IMG/VR virus record: IMGVR_UViG_3300026292_000003
Coordinates: 62,001-126,000 of that record
DNA length: 64,000 bases
Direction: 5' to 3' (one strand)
The first letter of the stretch is position 1. Each line of letters begins with the position of its first letter. The position numbers and the translations under genes were made by a program. Under the pieces are notes generated by a model. The model worked only from the letters and a program-made list of their open reading frames with translations. It was not told where the DNA came from and did no database searches. Shown here one piece after another: positions 28,799-38,615 of this stretch.

Positions 28799-29437
28799 AT
28801 GAAAAAAGTAATAGGTATATGTGGCCTCATCGGTCACGGAAAAGATACAGCCGCAGGATTTTTAATTGAAGAAGGATTTCAAAGAGTAAGTTTCGCTGGA
28901 ATACTAAAAGATGCCTGTGCAAATATATTTGGTTGGGATAGAATATTATTAGAAGGTAATACACCAGAAAGTAGAGCATTCAGAGAACAACCAGATGAAT
29001 GGTGGAGCAAACGTTTAGATATACCTGACTTTACACCACGTTATGCACTACAGTATGTAGGTACAGATGTTTTAAGAACACACTTTCATCCAGACATATG
29101 GGTTGCGGCTTGTGAAAGACAAGTACAACAATCTGAGAAAAATGTAGTTATTAGTGATTGTAGATTTTACAATGAATTAGAAGCTATACAAAATATGGGT
29201 GGTAAAACTGTAGTGGTATGGAGAAATGAAAAACCAGAATGGTGGCACTCTGCCTCAGAATTGAATCAAGCTAATTATAAAAAAACATCAAATATGATAG
29301 ATAGCATGAAATCAAATTATCCAGATGTACACAAAAGTGAATGGAGCTGGGCTGGTTGGGATTTTGACATACAACTAGACAATAATTCAACATTAGAATC
29401 ATTTAAAGCACAAACAATCAATAAAATCGTAGCATAA
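28799..29437 (+). CDS. Deoxynucleoside monophosphate kinase (T4 gp1-like)
   Basis: GICGLIGHGKDT, SFA..LK, TPRYALQYVGTD, ISDCRF.NE, HKSE. Confidence 0.92.
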   Translation: MKKVIGICGLIGHGKDTAAGFLIEEGFQRVSFAGILKDACANIFGWDRILLEGNTPESRAFREQPDEWWSKRLDIPDFTPRYALQYVGTDVLRTHFHPDIWVAACERQVQQSEKNVVISDCRFYNELEAIQNMGGKTVVVWRNEKPEWWHSASELNQANYKKTSNMIDSMKSNYPDVHKSEWSWAGWDFDIQLDNNSTLESFKAQTINKIVA

Positions 29438-29459
29438 ATATGTTATATGGAGGTAGCAT

Positions 29460-30914
29460 ATGTTCGAGCATGATTTCTGGCAACTAAAAAATCACAATAA
29501 AGAAATAACAGTTGGCTGGTTATATAATAATAATATTAAAGATGATTTTGCAAAAGGTTATACAAAAAATTTAACTGATTATTGGAGTGTAGAACTTGCT
29601 CATTTCTTTCCAACTCAATTTGCTGAAGAAACTGTAAATGATTTATTAAAAAAAGCATACGATAATGGGTTTTCAAGTATACTTGTTTTTAAGCAAGGTT
29701 GTACTTTACGTGGACCTAATTTTTTATCAATTTTTAGAAAGTTTCTTGATAAGCATACTGGTGTTAAGTTTATTGGCCATATATTAGATAGAGAAGAAGC
29801 TTACTACGAAATACATCCACAAACATTTTTTATAGATCTTAAATGGTGGGCAGAAGCAGGTTTTCCTGAATGGGGAGAAAGAGATGTGGATTTGCCACTT
29901 GAAACATTAGAGCCAGTACGTAGTGAAGAAAATCATCATGACCAATATACTCCATTATGGATTTGTCCGCCAATAACAAAAAATTTAAAAACATATCAAG
30001 GGCCATTAGGCGAAGGTTGGAATATGGTAAAGGCATTGATAGAATCTGGACAAAAGATAGTATCATGGAATAAAGATTGTAGAATATCAAAACAATATGC
30101 TTATGCAGAAGTTGAAGTAGATGCTCCTAGACACAGAGCAGATCTTTTAGAAGAAGTTAATCAAGACAAATCGTGTTTTGTTGCTAATACTGAAAATGTT
30201 CAAAATCTTGATGATTTTATTAAACAACGTATGCATCAAATGCCAGACTGGAATGGGCGTTTCCAACAAGTAGTAACTCCTGCATCTGGTATTAGTACAC
30301 TTGTATATGCGTTTAAACTAGGTTTAAAAGCAGGTGATAGGATTGTAATATACGATATATCTAAATTTGCTATTGAATATACAGATAAATTAATTAAAGA
30401 ATGGGATGCTAATACTAGTTATACGGAATTTGTATTAAATCAAAAAAAGAATAAACATGGCAACTATAAAGGTATACAACAATTAAGTCATACTGAAGAA
30501 TTAATAGATGAATTAAACAAAGAAGGCTTTTCTGAATGGGTTAATAACGATCTTAGAAAAATAAGTATTGCAACAATGGAAACTGATTTATACAATCAAC
30601 CAGAACATAAAAACTTTCTTAAACCTGTTGATCCTAAATTAATGACATATTTTCATTTTACTAATATATTTCATTATATGCCCTTATCGTTTTATTACAG
30701 TCTAAGGCAAAAATGGCAATTATCTAACGACTTAATTGGTAAAATACAAAATAAATACAGTAAGAACAATAATGCATTAATAAATTTATACAGAGGAACA
30801 TATTGTAATAGCAGAACATTCTCTTCAGCATTTTGGATAGATGATGCAGATACAAGAGAATTTTCTGAAATATCAGGAGATAATATATTTAGGTTATTAA
30901 AATGGAACAAATAG
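29460..30914 (+). CDS. Hypothetical protein; C-terminal half weakly SAM-methyltransferase-like
   Basis: Late promoter CATAAATA 29433; VVTPASG...IVIYDIS...TNIF pattern (weak). Confidence 0.5.
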   Translation: MFEHDFWQLKNHNKEITVGWLYNNNIKDDFAKGYTKNLTDYWSVELAHFFPTQFAEETVNDLLKKAYDNGFSSILVFKQGCTLRGPNFLSIFRKFLDKHTGVKFIGHILDREEAYYEIHPQTFFIDLKWWAEAGFPEWGERDVDLPLETLEPVRSEENHHDQYTPLWICPPITKNLKTYQGPLGEGWNMVKALIESGQKIVSWNKDCRISKQYAYAEVEVDAPRHRADLLEEVNQDKSCFVANTENVQNLDDFIKQRMHQMPDWNGRFQQVVTPASGISTLVYAFKLGLKAGDRIVIYDISKFAIEYTDKLIKEWDANTSYTEFVLNQKKNKHGNYKGIQQLSHTEELIDELNKEGFSEWVNNDLRKISIATMETDLYNQPEHKNFLKPVDPKLMTYFHFTNIFHYMPLSFYYSLRQKWQLSNDLIGKIQNKYSKNNNALINLYRGTYCNSRTFSSAFWIDDADTREFSEISGDNIFRLLKWNK

Positions 30915-31684
30915 AAAAAGATAAAGTGTATTTACGTAATTTAGAAAAAGTAAAAGAGTTTATTACTGGGTGTAAACAAAAAGAACATTATCAAGATTTA
31001 AAAATGCCTAGTGATGAGTTTACTAACTGGAAAACTGATGACCGTGCTAAAATGAAGTATGCAAAATGGGTTATACAAGAAAGTAATTGTCCTAGTTTAC
31101 TTTTAGATATGCCACTTCCTTATAAAGAAATGACAATAGAAGCAGAAAAGTTTCTTGATAGGTTTGTTAAACATAGAGGAGATATACATCCTGGTTGGAG
31201 TAGTATTGCAGTACACGGACAATCCGCAGAAAGAACACAACCTTCAAATTATTATGTAGAAAAAGGAATTGATACTCCAGATAATATACCTCCTTATACT
31301 TGGACAGAAATTGCAAAAGATTGTCCTGCTACAGTAGACTGGTTAAAAAGTTTTCCAATTAAAGAATTCCAAAGAGTAAGATATATGTTATTAGAACCGG
31401 GTGGTTTTATTCAACCACACCAAGACTTTGATAGAAGAAACATGGCCGCATTTAACGTATCTTTAAGTAATCCTCCTGGTGTAGAATTTGCACAAGAAGA
31501 TGCAGGTTTAATACCTTGGGAACCAGGCGAAGCACGTGCTATTGACATAGGCAGAAAGCATTGTGTATGGCACGGAGGAACAGAAAATAGAATTCATATG
31601 ATTATTCATGGTCAATGGGGCGAAGGCTTTGAAGAACTAATTTGTCGTAGTTTTGACCGCCTTTTAGACACAATTAAAACATAA
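30902..31684 (+). CDS. 2OG-Fe(II) oxygenase (Asp/Asn beta-hydroxylase-like)
   Basis: RVRYMLLEPGGFIQPHQD...KHCVWH...NRIHMIIHG. Confidence 0.85.
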   Translation: MEQIEKDKVYLRNLEKVKEFITGCKQKEHYQDLKMPSDEFTNWKTDDRAKMKYAKWVIQESNCPSLLLDMPLPYKEMTIEAEKFLDRFVKHRGDIHPGWSSIAVHGQSAERTQPSNYYVEKGIDTPDNIPPYTWTEIAKDCPATVDWLKSFPIKEFQRVRYMLLEPGGFIQPHQDFDRRNMAAFNVSLSNPPGVEFAQEDAGLIPWEPGEARAIDIGRKHCVWHGGTENRIHMIIHGQWGEGFEELICRSFDRLLDTIKT

Positions 31685-31786
31685 TATAACTCTGTAAACG
31701 GTGTTTTTACACGATTTTAAATAAATACTACATATAAGAGATTACTAAAAAATTAGAATAATCTAATATTTAAAAAGGAGCATATC

Positions 31787-34216
31787 ATGGCAAATCTTGT
31801 TTCACCTGGCGTACAGGTAACAGTAACAGACGAATCAGTATACGGCCCAGCAGGCGCTGGTACAGTTCCTATGTTATTCATTGCCACTGGTCAGGACAAG
31901 GTTGATCCAACCCTTACTGAGTCAGACGGCATAGCGAAATACACAAAGTCTGCTAATGCAAACAAACCAATATTAGTTACATCGCAGAGAGAGTTAACTC
32001 AATACTTTGGTAATGTTGACTTCCGTAAGGTAAGTGGAACAGTACAACAAGGTGATGAAACTAACGAATATGGTTTATTAGCGGCATACTCATTTTTAGG
32101 TCAAGCTTCAGCGGCATATATAACACGTGCAGATGTTGACTTAAATGCATTAAGACCGGTTTCATCAGAGCCAACTGGAGATCCAGCAAATTTAACATAC
32201 TGGATTAAACCTTCAACTTCATCTTTTGGTATTTGGAAGTATAGTACTGCAAATACTGAGTGGACTGAACAAACTCCAACAGTTGAAATTACATCAAGTG
32301 GTGCACCTACTGCGGCAGTAGTAGCAGGTGGATATCACGTTGTATTAGAAAATGGTTCAGCTGGAACAACAATAAAATATTTTGCGGCTAGTGGCGGCGC
32401 TTGGGTTGATAATTTTGGCCCAACAATGGCACCACACTATTCAGCACCAAGTTCACCATCAGATGGTGATGTTTGGATTAAAACTACAAAACCAGGTGGT
32501 GGATTGGACTTAGACGTTCAATTATTTACAACATCAGCAGGTAACTTTGTTAAACAAAGTGTAGTTTATGTACAAGACACAGCACCGGCAGGTACAACTT
32601 CAGATGTATTTGCAGACGGTACTTCAGCAACTGCAAGAACATTAACTGACGGAGATATCTGGATGGATATTTCTGCAACTGATGCATCATTAATCTTAAA
32701 CAGATATGATAGTATTGGAAATGGTTTTGATCAGGTTGCAACAGACTCATCAGTAGCAACTGGTGGTTATGTAATGGAAGTTAAAGCAACAGAACCAGTA
32801 GGCGCACCAGCAAATGGTACTATATGGTTTGACCCAGATGTAAATGAATTAGCAATTTACGAAGTAGTAAGCGATTCAGGAACACAAAAATGGCAAAGAG
32901 CATCAGACGTACAATACGTTACAACTGCACCAACAACAGATGGTTCAGGTGGTTCTTTATCAGCAGGTGACTATTGGGTAGATACAGATGCTTCAGGGTA
33001 TCCTGTAATTTACAGACACAATGGTACTGCTTGGGTAGCAAAAGATAAAGCAGATCAATCAACTGCGGCAGGATGTGTATTTGGAGATATTACTGCAAAC
33101 GATACATCAGCAGGCGCATTTGAAGCAACTCTATTAACAGGTGCACCAGATCCGTTAACACACCCAGTAGGTATTACTGGAATTAATATGTGTAGATCAG
33201 GTGGAACAGTTAGAAAATATAATTCAGCTCTAACTACAACTTGGAAATGGAGAGTTGAAGCAGGTAATCAAGCAGATGGCAGTGGTTCATTTGGTAGAAT
33301 TGCACAAAGAAAAGTAGTAGTAACAGCTATGCAGGCGGCGGCAGGCGTAAGTGATCTACAACAAGATACAATTCAATTCCGTTTACTTGCGGCACCAGGT
33401 TATCCTGAACTATATGATGAAATGGTTTCATTAAACAGTAATAGAGATGAAACTGCATTTATCATTGTTGACGCACCATTCCGTTTAAATCCAACAGAAG
33501 CAGTATCTTGGATTCAAGGAACAGGCGCAACTACAAATGGTGAAGGCGGCCTAGTAACAAAGAATACTTACTCAGCAGTTTATTATCCACACGCATACAC
33601 AACTAACCCTGTAACAGGCGATAACGTTGTAGCACCAGCATCACACATTGCATTATACACTTATGCGTATAGTGACAATGTATCATTTCAATGGTTTGCA
33701 CCAGCTGGTCTAACACGTGGTGTTGTACAAAATGCATCAAACGTTGGATACTTAAACAATGAAGATGAGTTTGTGTCATTAGCAGTAACTCAAGGTCAAA
33801 GAGACTCAATGTATGATAAAAAATTAAATCCAATAGCTAAATTTCCTGCAGAAGGTGTTGTAGTATTTGGACAAAAATCATTACACGCGAGTGCTTCAGC
33901 ATTAGACAGAGTTAATGTTGCTAGATTGACAGCTTACCTAAGAGAACGTTTTGCAGTTATTTCAAGACCGTTCTTATTTGAGCCAAATGATGCTAGTACT
34001 AGAGCAAATGCTAAACAAGTATTTGACGGTTTCCTAGCTAATATTTTACAACAACGTGGAATATATGACTTTGCAGTAGTTTGTGATACAACAAACAATA
34101 CACCGGCAAGAATAGATGCCAATGAATTTTACATTGACGTTGCTATTGAGCCAACTAAATCAGCAGAGTTTATTTACATTCCAATTAGAATTGTAAACAC
34201 TGGCGAATTAAGCTAA
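31787..34216 (+). CDS. Tail sheath protein (T4 gp18-like)
   Basis: LVSPGVQV, WFAPAGLTRG, GQKSL..SALDRVNVARL, FEPND, VCDTTNNTPARID, IEPTKSAEFIYIP. Confidence 0.97.
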   Translation: MANLVSPGVQVTVTDESVYGPAGAGTVPMLFIATGQDKVDPTLTESDGIAKYTKSANANKPILVTSQRELTQYFGNVDFRKVSGTVQQGDETNEYGLLAAYSFLGQASAAYITRADVDLNALRPVSSEPTGDPANLTYWIKPSTSSFGIWKYSTANTEWTEQTPTVEITSSGAPTAAVVAGGYHVVLENGSAGTTIKYFAASGGAWVDNFGPTMAPHYSAPSSPSDGDVWIKTTKPGGGLDLDVQLFTTSAGNFVKQSVVYVQDTAPAGTTSDVFADGTSATARTLTDGDIWMDISATDASLILNRYDSIGNGFDQVATDSSVATGGYVMEVKATEPVGAPANGTIWFDPDVNELAIYEVVSDSGTQKWQRASDVQYVTTAPTTDGSGGSLSAGDYWVDTDASGYPVIYRHNGTAWVAKDKADQSTAAGCVFGDITANDTSAGAFEATLLTGAPDPLTHPVGITGINMCRSGGTVRKYNSALTTTWKWRVEAGNQADGSGSFGRIAQRKVVVTAMQAAAGVSDLQQDTIQFRLLAAPGYPELYDEMVSLNSNRDETAFIIVDAPFRLNPTEAVSWIQGTGATTNGEGGLVTKNTYSAVYYPHAYTTNPVTGDNVVAPASHIALYTYAYSDNVSFQWFAPAGLTRGVVQNASNVGYLNNEDEFVSLAVTQGQRDSMYDKKLNPIAKFPAEGVVVFGQKSLHASASALDRVNVARLTAYLRERFAVISRPFLFEPNDASTRANAKQVFDGFLANILQQRGIYDFAVVCDTTNNTPARIDANEFYIDVAIEPTKSAEFIYIPIRIVNTGELS

Positions 34217-34236
34217 TAAGACACTACAAATAAATG

Positions 34237-34378
34237 AAAGGGCTACTATTTTTTAATAGTAGCCTTTTTCTATTTGTAACTATTCGATAAATACTATGCT
34301 ACTATATCGATATAGCAAATACTATCGTGTAAAGATTATGCGATTTTAAATCTTGAAATTTAAGGAGTACTCAAATGG
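34237..34378 (+). repeat. Cassette element copy 1: terminator + late promoter + structured leader + RBS
   Basis: GGGCTACTATT..AATAGTAGCCTTTTTC, TTCGATAAATACTA and TAAGGAGTACTCAAATGG are shared with 35007-35144. Confidence 0.85.
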
Positions 34379-34989
34379 ACGGAAAAAAAATGCACAAATT
34401 TGATTCTCATCATTTCTTTACTGCACTTGGCCATTGTATGCCACTAGACCACTGGTTATCGAAAGAAGCTGGTATGGAACTAGATGCACTTAACAATGAC
34501 GCAAACATGGTTGAGGAGAAAAGAGAAATGGGTAGTGACGATACAGGTAAAATGATGATTCACTATAAGTCAGCACCTACAAAATGGGACTTTGGAGATC
34601 TAAAAACTTCAGAAGCTGGTTACATTGAATATAACAGAGGTCACTTTATTTCACCTCACCGTGATAAGTTACGTAATGTTACTGAACCAAATCAATCAAT
34701 AAGATTAATGTGTTTCCTAAATCATACTCATCCTGAGGAAAATTGTTTTGTCTATGATGGACAAATAACACAATTTGAACCATGCAGATGGTATATGGTA
34801 AACACTCAACGTATGCACTATGGTTTTTCATTTGTTGACGGCGTTAAGCACTTAGGTATTACCCTAAAACTTACTGACGATGCATATGAAGCTACTACAA
34901 AATGGATACTAGATCATACTAATGGCGTACACTCAAAAGGTCATCACCAAACAGGTGAAGGCAGAATGTCAGTTTACAAACCATTCTAA
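34375..34989 (+). CDS. 2OG-Fe(II) oxygenase-like protein
   Basis: ISPHRD...IRLMCFLN...VNTQRMHYG. Confidence 0.7.
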   Translation: MDGKKMHKFDSHHFFTALGHCMPLDHWLSKEAGMELDALNNDANMVEEKREMGSDDTGKMMIHYKSAPTKWDFGDLKTSEAGYIEYNRGHFISPHRDKLRNVTEPNQSIRLMCFLNHTHPEENCFVYDGQITQFEPCRWYMVNTQRMHYGFSFVDGVKHLGITLKLTDDAYEATTKWILDHTNGVHSKGHHQTGEGRMSVYKPF

Positions 34990-35006
34990 TTAGAATATAA
35001 GGAATA

Positions 35007-35144
35007 TAGGGCTACTATTATTATTAATAGTAGCCTTTTTCTTTTCAGTGATTTCGATAAATACTAATGCAAATTGCAAACGCACTTGTAGTCTCAGATG
35101 AGATTGCAAATTTTTAAATTTAAAAATAAGGAGTACTCAAATGG
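35007..35144 (+). repeat. Cassette element copy 2
   Basis: Same terminator, promoter and RBS blocks as 34237-34378. Confidence 0.85.
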
Positions 35145-35458
35145 CAAACGATAATTTCAGGTTTAGAATAATCAAAGCTCCAGGCGGCGAATATTCTACA
35201 GTTGATGCATTTAAGGCTTCTCCAGCTTATGCAAGTATACAAACACTACTTGCTGGCAAGCCAGAGGCTTCTGGTACTATACACGTTTCATATAAATTAT
35301 ATGAAGGTGGCGTGTGGATCAGATATGACTTTGATAATGAAGAAGCTAGATTAGCATATAAACAATATGTTTTAGATGCTGGGTCAGATTTAGGTCAAAA
35401 ACCAAATGAAGTGGGTTTAGACAACGAAACCTTCCCAACATACGGATTCTTAGCATAG
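35141..35458 (+). CDS. Hypothetical late protein
   Basis: Own late promoter and TAAGGAG RBS. Confidence 0.65.
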   Translation: MANDNFRFRIIKAPGGEYSTVDAFKASPAYASIQTLLAGKPEASGTIHVSYKLYEGGVWIRYDFDNEEARLAYKQYVLDAGSDLGQKPNEVGLDNETFPTYGFLA

Positions 35459-35514
35459 CATTTTTCAACAATTTGGCAGGTTACAACTAGTAGCCTGTCA
35501 AATTACCAGTAAAA

Positions 35515-35544
35515 TGGGCTTCTTTTAAAGAAGCCTATCTTTTT
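35515..35544 (+). terminator. Terminator-like hairpin before the tail tube promoter
   Basis: GGCTTCTT-TTA-AAGAAGCC then T-rich run. Confidence 0.6.
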
Positions 35545-35610
35545 GAACACGGATTTGATAAATACAATATAAGATAAACAATACTACAGTAAGTATATAG
35601 GAGAAACAAA

Positions 35611-36219
35611 ATGGCTGTAATTACAAACTTTGGAGTACCGACTGACTCTTCAGCAGGAACAACTTTAATGCCTAAATTAAGTTATAGGTTTAGAGTTACC
35701 TTTGAAGATCTTGGTGGTGCTACAGCGACAGATGAAGTAACTCAGAACGTTATTAGTGCAGGCAGACCGTCAATGACACATGAAGAGGTTGTAGTTGATT
35801 CTTACAACTCAAAAATGTACCTAGCGGGTAAACACGCCTGGGAACCAGTATCAATCGTATTCAGAGATGACATGAAATCTAACGTTATCAAAAAACTTGG
35901 TAACCAATTAAATAGACAAGTTGACCACGCAGATCAACATAGTTCAATTTCAGGTAATGCATATAAATTTGGTGTAACATTAGAAACACTAGATGGTGCA
36001 AATGGTAGTACATCACCAACTGTATTTGACAAATGGGAATTGCAAGGTTGTTATATTTCTAACATTCAATACGGTGACCTAAACTATGCAGATTCAACAA
36101 TGATTCAAGTAACAGTACAACTTCGTTACGATAGTGCGGTTCACTCAATTGATGGTTCAGACGCTTTAAGTGAAAAATCTGCATCTAGCGACTCAGCACA
36201 ATCTGGCGCTACTAGATAA
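35611..36219 (+). CDS. Tail tube protein (T4 gp19-like)
   Basis: PKLSYRFRVTF, YLAGKHAW, W.LQGC, GDLNY, LRYD; late promoter 35557. Confidence 0.88.
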   Translation: MAVITNFGVPTDSSAGTTLMPKLSYRFRVTFEDLGGATATDEVTQNVISAGRPSMTHEEVVVDSYNSKMYLAGKHAWEPVSIVFRDDMKSNVIKKLGNQLNRQVDHADQHSSISGNAYKFGVTLETLDGANGSTSPTVFDKWELQGCYISNIQYGDLNYADSTMIQVTVQLRYDSAVHSIDGSDALSEKSASSDSAQSGATR

Positions 36220-36234
36220 TAAGAGGATTCTTTA

Positions 36235-37104
36235 ATGGCGATCGGCGACTCAGCATATAAAGTCTATAGTCAAGGTCAGCGAAGAGGTGAAATTGACGCA
36301 GTACCAAGAAATAAATATTCTTTTACTGTATCTTTAAATTATATTGATAGCCCAACACCGTTGAGCCTTGTTAGAATTGCAAACGTGCAAATCCCGACCT
36401 ATGTTTTTAGGTCGCAGACATTGAATGCATATAACGCAAAGAAAACTGTTCTTACAGGTATTGATTATACTCCTATAACAATAACCGCTTACGATACTAA
36501 AGATGCAGTTTTTGAAAAATTCTTAAAAGACTATACAGCTCATTATGTTGATGGTCCTTTTAATAATGATGATTATAATGCATTTCTAAATAATCCAAAA
36601 GGAATTAGAACTCCTGAATCTAGAAATTATATTAGAAGTATAATTATTAATAGAAAAGATTCAAAGAATTTAGAAAACGTTATTGAAATATACAATCCTT
36701 ACATTCTTAATATTGATTCTGATACATTAGATTATGCAGATAGTTCTCCAGCAATTTATAGAATTACTTTCACATATGAAGGTTTTAAAATTTTAAGTTC
36801 TGGAAAAGCTACAACTGAAGCAGAAATATTACAAGCAGAAGAATTTATGAATGCACCAACTGCTGATGATGGTTTTGTTGAAGTTGATGACTTTGCAGAA
36901 TATGAAGTAGATGATGCTAATAATATTGATGGCTTACAAACTACAGGCGGTAACGTAACTAGTAACCAAGCACCTTTGAAAAAGGTTGAAACTAAAAATG
37001 ACAATCCAGATAATTTACAAGTATTCAAAGGTAAATTAAAAAAGGGTGAAAAATTAAGAAACATTAATGGTAAATCCTACATAGTGCCGGCTCCAAAGGA
37101 GTAA
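36235..37104 (+). CDS. Tube-like baseplate/tube initiator protein (gp54/gp48-like)
   Basis: Tube-fold pattern (YN.K....GIDY.PITIT.YDT; LDYADS...ITFTYE); follows the tube gene. Confidence 0.6.
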   Translation: MAIGDSAYKVYSQGQRRGEIDAVPRNKYSFTVSLNYIDSPTPLSLVRIANVQIPTYVFRSQTLNAYNAKKTVLTGIDYTPITITAYDTKDAVFEKFLKDYTAHYVDGPFNNDDYNAFLNNPKGIRTPESRNYIRSIIINRKDSKNLENVIEIYNPYILNIDSDTLDYADSSPAIYRITFTYEGFKILSSGKATTEAEILQAEEFMNAPTADDGFVEVDDFAEYEVDDANNIDGLQTTGGNVTSNQAPLKKVETKNDNPDNLQVFKGKLKKGEKLRNINGKSYIVPAPKE

Positions 37105-37108
37105 GGCA

Positions 37109-37555
37109 ATGAGGAAATTTCAACAAGGACAATTCACTCCTAGCAACCCCGATAAATACTTAGGTAAAAGAGTTCCAAAGTACAGAAGTGGATGGGAACT
37201 TGCAGTTATGAGAATGTGTGATAATCACCCTTCAATATTAGGTTGGGGAAGTGAAACACACAGGATTCCATATAAAAATCCACTCACTGGTAAACAGAGT
37301 ACATATGTGCCAGACTTGTTAATTGTTTATAAAGATAAAAAAGGTGCAAACCACGCAGAGTTTGTAGAAATAAAACCAGCAAGTCAAACATTAGGTGAAG
37401 CAAGAACACAGGCACAAAAAGCGGCGGCAGTAGTTAATCACGAAAAGTGGAAAGCGGCTAATGCATATTGTAAAGCTAAAGGTATGGGTTTCAGAGTAAT
37501 AACTGAAAAACAAATCTTTAATAAACCGCAGAATTCTAAAAGGAAAAAGAAATGA
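37109..37555 (+). CDS. Head completion nuclease (T4 gp4-like, TnsA-type PD-(D/E)xK)
   Basis: P.NPDKY.G, YRSGWE, WGSE, IPY, YVPD, VEIKP, KWKAA, FRVITE. Confidence 0.9.
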   Translation: MRKFQQGQFTPSNPDKYLGKRVPKYRSGWELAVMRMCDNHPSILGWGSETHRIPYKNPLTGKQSTYVPDLLIVYKDKKGANHAEFVEIKPASQTLGEARTQAQKAAAVVNHEKWKAANAYCKAKGMGFRVITEKQIFNKPQNSKRKKK

Positions 37556-38094
37556 CAAAAAAATTAGAGGAAGAATTAAACTTACCAAACTTGGAAGAAT
37601 TACTTCCTGAGGATGAACCCGAAAAAGCACCAACTGCTGAAGAAATTAAACAAGAAATAGAAAAGTATAAAGGCGATCTTAGTATGGTCGAAAGAGCAGA
37701 TGCGGCTTTACCAACAGTAGAAGGGTTAGAACAATTAGATAGAGAAATGGACGAATATGCAGGTAAAGCAATGAATACATTTGAAGACCTAGTTGACCTT
37801 GGTAAAAATGTAGAAGATAGACACGCGGCTCCTATATTTGATAGTGCAAGTAAAATGTTAACCGCGGCACTACAAGCAAAAGAAGCTAAAATGACTAAAA
37901 AGATGAAAATGATAGAATTACAGATGCGTCAAGCTAGACTTATTAAAGATAGCGAAAAAATAGACGCATATGTACAAGCTAGACGCAGAGAAGCTGGTTT
38001 AGACGAGGAAGAAATAGCTGAAGGCAGAATTATTGGTGATCGTACTGCAATGTTAGCAGAAATTATGAAAAATCTTCCAGAAAAAGATAAATAG
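37552..38094 (+). CDS. Probable terminase small subunit (gp16-like)
   Basis: Helical protein with a C-terminal 'IIGDRTAMLAEI' strand-helix; position between gp4 and TerL. Confidence 0.55.
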   Translation: MTKKLEEELNLPNLEELLPEDEPEKAPTAEEIKQEIEKYKGDLSMVERADAALPTVEGLEQLDREMDEYAGKAMNTFEDLVDLGKNVEDRHAAPIFDSASKMLTAALQAKEAKMTKKMKMIELQMRQARLIKDSEKIDAYVQARRREAGLDEEEIAEGRIIGDRTAMLAEIMKNLPEKDK

Positions 38095-38114
38095 TATTAT
38101 AGGAGAACTACGTA

Positions 38115-38615
38115 ATGAAGACGTTTAAACAATATTTAACAGAATCTAACAAATCATGGAAGTTTAAAATAAAAACTATACATGAGCTTACCGACGAACA
38201 ATGTGATCGTATTGAGAAGCACCTAACAAAATATGACTCAACAGGACTTGGTGCTGTGAAGAAAACAATACTACAAAGTGCACCACGTGATTTTCCAAAT
38301 CATAAAGGATATGAAGTATTTACATATGAATTTGAAACTGAAAGAGTAGCAAGTGGATGGCAAATACAAAATGATATCCGTAATATGCTAGGAGTATCAC
38401 ACACAGGTTTTAAAGTAAAAGGCGAACACGAACCGGATGAAGAAATTCCAGCAGGTAAGCAAGAAGAATATAAAGTTAAGTTAGCAGATGAAAAATATTC
38501 AGAACAAGAAAAAGTTAACCATAAAGATCATTATGGTGAAGATCATAAATCGAAATTTATTGATGAACTTTTAAAGTTACGTAAGAAAGACAAAAAGGAG
38601 AAGGGCAATGAGTGA
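38115..38615 (+). CDS. Probable head-internal protein with capsid-targeting-like N-terminus
   Basis: MKTFKQYLTES resembles T4 internal-protein targeting sequences; late promoter 38086. Confidence 0.55.
   Translation: MKTFKQYLTESNKSWKFKIKTIHELTDEQCDRIEKHLTKYDSTGLGAVKKTILQSAPRDFPNHKGYEVFTYEFETERVASGWQIQNDIRNMLGVSHTGFKVKGEHEPDEEIPAGKQEEYKVKLADEKYSEQEKVNHKDHYGEDHKSKFIDELLKLRKKDKKEKGNE

Noticed and set aside
34237-35144. Repeated hairpins as integron attC sites or IS ends
   Set aside because: They have terminator form with U-tracts, lack attC R-box/L-box structure, and no integrase or transposase was seen.
37109-37555. TnsA-like nuclease as a Tn7 transposon
   Set aside because: Matches T4 gp4 head-completion motifs and context; no TnsB/TnsC or transposon ends.
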